A model generated the notes under the pieces. That model did not search any database. It saw only the letters and a program-made list of their open reading frames with translations, and had not been told where the DNA came from. Shown piece after piece: positions 62,196 to 63,426 of a DNA stretch of 63,426 nt. Within the stretch, counting starts at the first letter, position 1. Every line of letters starts with the position of its first letter. Source of the stretch: Patescibacteria group bacterium UBA4473 (GTDB lineage: Bacteria; Patescibacteriota; Gracilibacteria; UBA4473); contig DGOF01000029.1 of assembly GCA_002389285.1 (NCBI GenBank), positions 1 to 63,426 on the forward strand, in the 5' to 3' direction. The position numbers and the translations under genes were made by a program.

Positions 62196-63426
62196 TTAGC
62201 GTCTAAAAATGAGGTTTTGTCGGTCGGGTCCGGTTCCAATGATACGGATACGGGATCCAATGAGTTCTTCGAGACGGAGCACATAGGCTTGTGCATTTTG
62301 GGGAAGATCTTCAAATTTTTTAATCTGGGTGATATCTTCGTCCCATCCGGGAAGTGTTTCGTATTCGATTTCTAATTTTTTGTTTGCTTTTCGCGTCGTG
62401 GGGACGGTGAAGAGTTCTGTTTCATCGAGAAAATAACGCGTTGCTATTTTGATCTCAGGAAGTCCGGAAAGGACATCAAGCTTGGTGAGATTAATCGTAT
62501 CAATACCGTTTACTTCGACACTATTTCTTACGACGACCGCATCAAACCAACCGCATCGACGGGGGCGACCGGTGGTGGCTCCAAATTCAAATCCTTGTTG
62601 GCGGAGTTGTTCGCCTAAGTCATCTTCGAGCTCTGAGGGGAAAGGGCCTTCGCCAACACGCGTGGTATAGGCTTTTGCGATACCTACAATACCGCTTATG
62701 GCTTTAGGAGGGACTCCTAATCCGGTATTGACGCCTCCAATAGAGATAGAGCTTGAGGTTACAAAAGGATAGGTTCCATGATCAATATCGAGATGATGGG
62801 CCTGGGCGCCTTCGAAAAGTATTTTTTTACCTTCTTGGGCTGCATCAAACAAAAATTTACGTGTATCGGTCAGGAATGGTTTTACCTGCTCCCGAATTGC
62901 GAGTATTTCTTGGAATTCGGCTTCTGCGTCGAGTTCTATGTCGTAGCATTCGCTGTGAAATTTGCAGTTGGCTTCTAATTTTTCTTTGAGAAGTTCTTTG
63001 TCGAGGAGGTCTTCACAACGGATGCCGATTCGTCCAATCTTATCGGCGTAGGCGGGTCCGATTCCCCGGCAGGTGGTGCCGATTTTCTTATCGCCTTTTC
63101 GTCGTTCGAGTTCGGCATCTATTTTTTTGTGATATTCAAAGATCAAATGTGCCCGCAGTGAAACTTTAATGCGACCTTCAATATTAATGCCTTCTTTTGT
63201 AAGACCTTTGAGTTCGTCAAAAAGATCAGGGAGGCAAATAACGGTTCCATTTCCAACGACGCCGATGGTGTCTGGGTGTAAAAGTCCCGAGGGCAAAATG
63301 TGGAAAACAAATTTTTTATCATCGACAATAATCGTGTGCCCGGCATTGCCACCACCACTACTTCTGCAGATGATATCAAACTCTGCACTTGCCGCGTCTA
63401 CCATCTTTCCTTTTCCTTCATCTCCC
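62196..63426 (-). CDS. purA: Adenylosuccinate synthetase (5' end outside window)
   Basis: GDEGKGK at the window edge, GGNAGHT, IGTTCRGIGPAY, EGAQ, GTYPFVTSS, GATTGRPRRCGWFD. Confidence 0.97.
   Translation of the reverse strand, partial: GDEGKGKMVDAASAEFDIICRSSGGGNAGHTIIVDDKKFVFHILPSGLLHPDTIGVVGNGTVICLPDLFDELKGLTKEGINIEGRIKVSLRAHLIFEYHKKIDAELERRKGDKKIGTTCRGIGPAYADKIGRIGIRCEDLLDKELLKEKLEANCKFHSECYDIELDAEAEFQEILAIREQVKPFLTDTRKFLFDAAQEGKKILFEGAQAHHLDIDHGTYPFVTSSSISIGGVNTGLGVPPKAISGIVGIAKAYTTRVGEGPFPSELEDDLGEQLRQQGFEFGATTGRPRRCGWFDAVVVRNSVEVNGIDTINLTKLDVLSGLPEIKIATRYFLDETELFTVPTTRKANKKLEIEYETLPGWDEDITQIKKFEDLPQNAQAYVLRLEELIGSRIRIIGTGPDRQNLIFRR

Noticed and set aside
1..63426. UGA->Gly recoding (genetic code 25)
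   Set aside because: Conserved genes are full-length under code 11, and several (rsmH, lepB, thrC, yidD) end at TGA in the expected position.

Overview
A 63.4-kb bacterial chromosomal segment. TGA is used as a stop (code 11), Shine-Dalgarno motifs are rarely evident, and there are many lineage-specific proteins. The gene set resembles Patescibacteria/CPR of the Gracilibacteria-Peregrinibacteria type; this is an inference. Most of the window is housekeeping: tsaC, rsmH, purC, trmD, nth, uppP, nrdAB with NrdR boxes, lepB, a MurF-like ligase, rpmG, prmC, rpsU, thrC, tRNA-Ala(GGC), ruvA, yidD, rplY, dnaA and purA. The standout is a minus-strand locus at 3.8-11.9 kb. A retron-type reverse transcriptase with a long C-terminal extension is followed by a 1065-aa MoxR-like AAA+ ATPase and a HEXXH-metallopeptidase/vWA protein. 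Immediately downstream is a tandem array of four ~215-225-nt ncRNA genes, each with its own TTGACA-N16/17-TAnnnT promoter and intrinsic terminator. Each unit has retron msr-msd architecture: covarying terminal inverted repeats, an invariant G next to the stem, and two conserved RNA hairpins. Each also has a unit-specific ~100-nt region that folds better as the complementary ssDNA (three-way junction, G.T wobbles, cGNAg triloops). This looks like a multi-ncRNA retron-like system with a MoxR/vWA-peptidase effector module, which I do not recognise from described retron types. A mitochondrial-type Tam41 gene sits directly upstream. Other points of note are an AroK-PurN fusion and a candidate non-orthologous homoserine kinase beside thrC.
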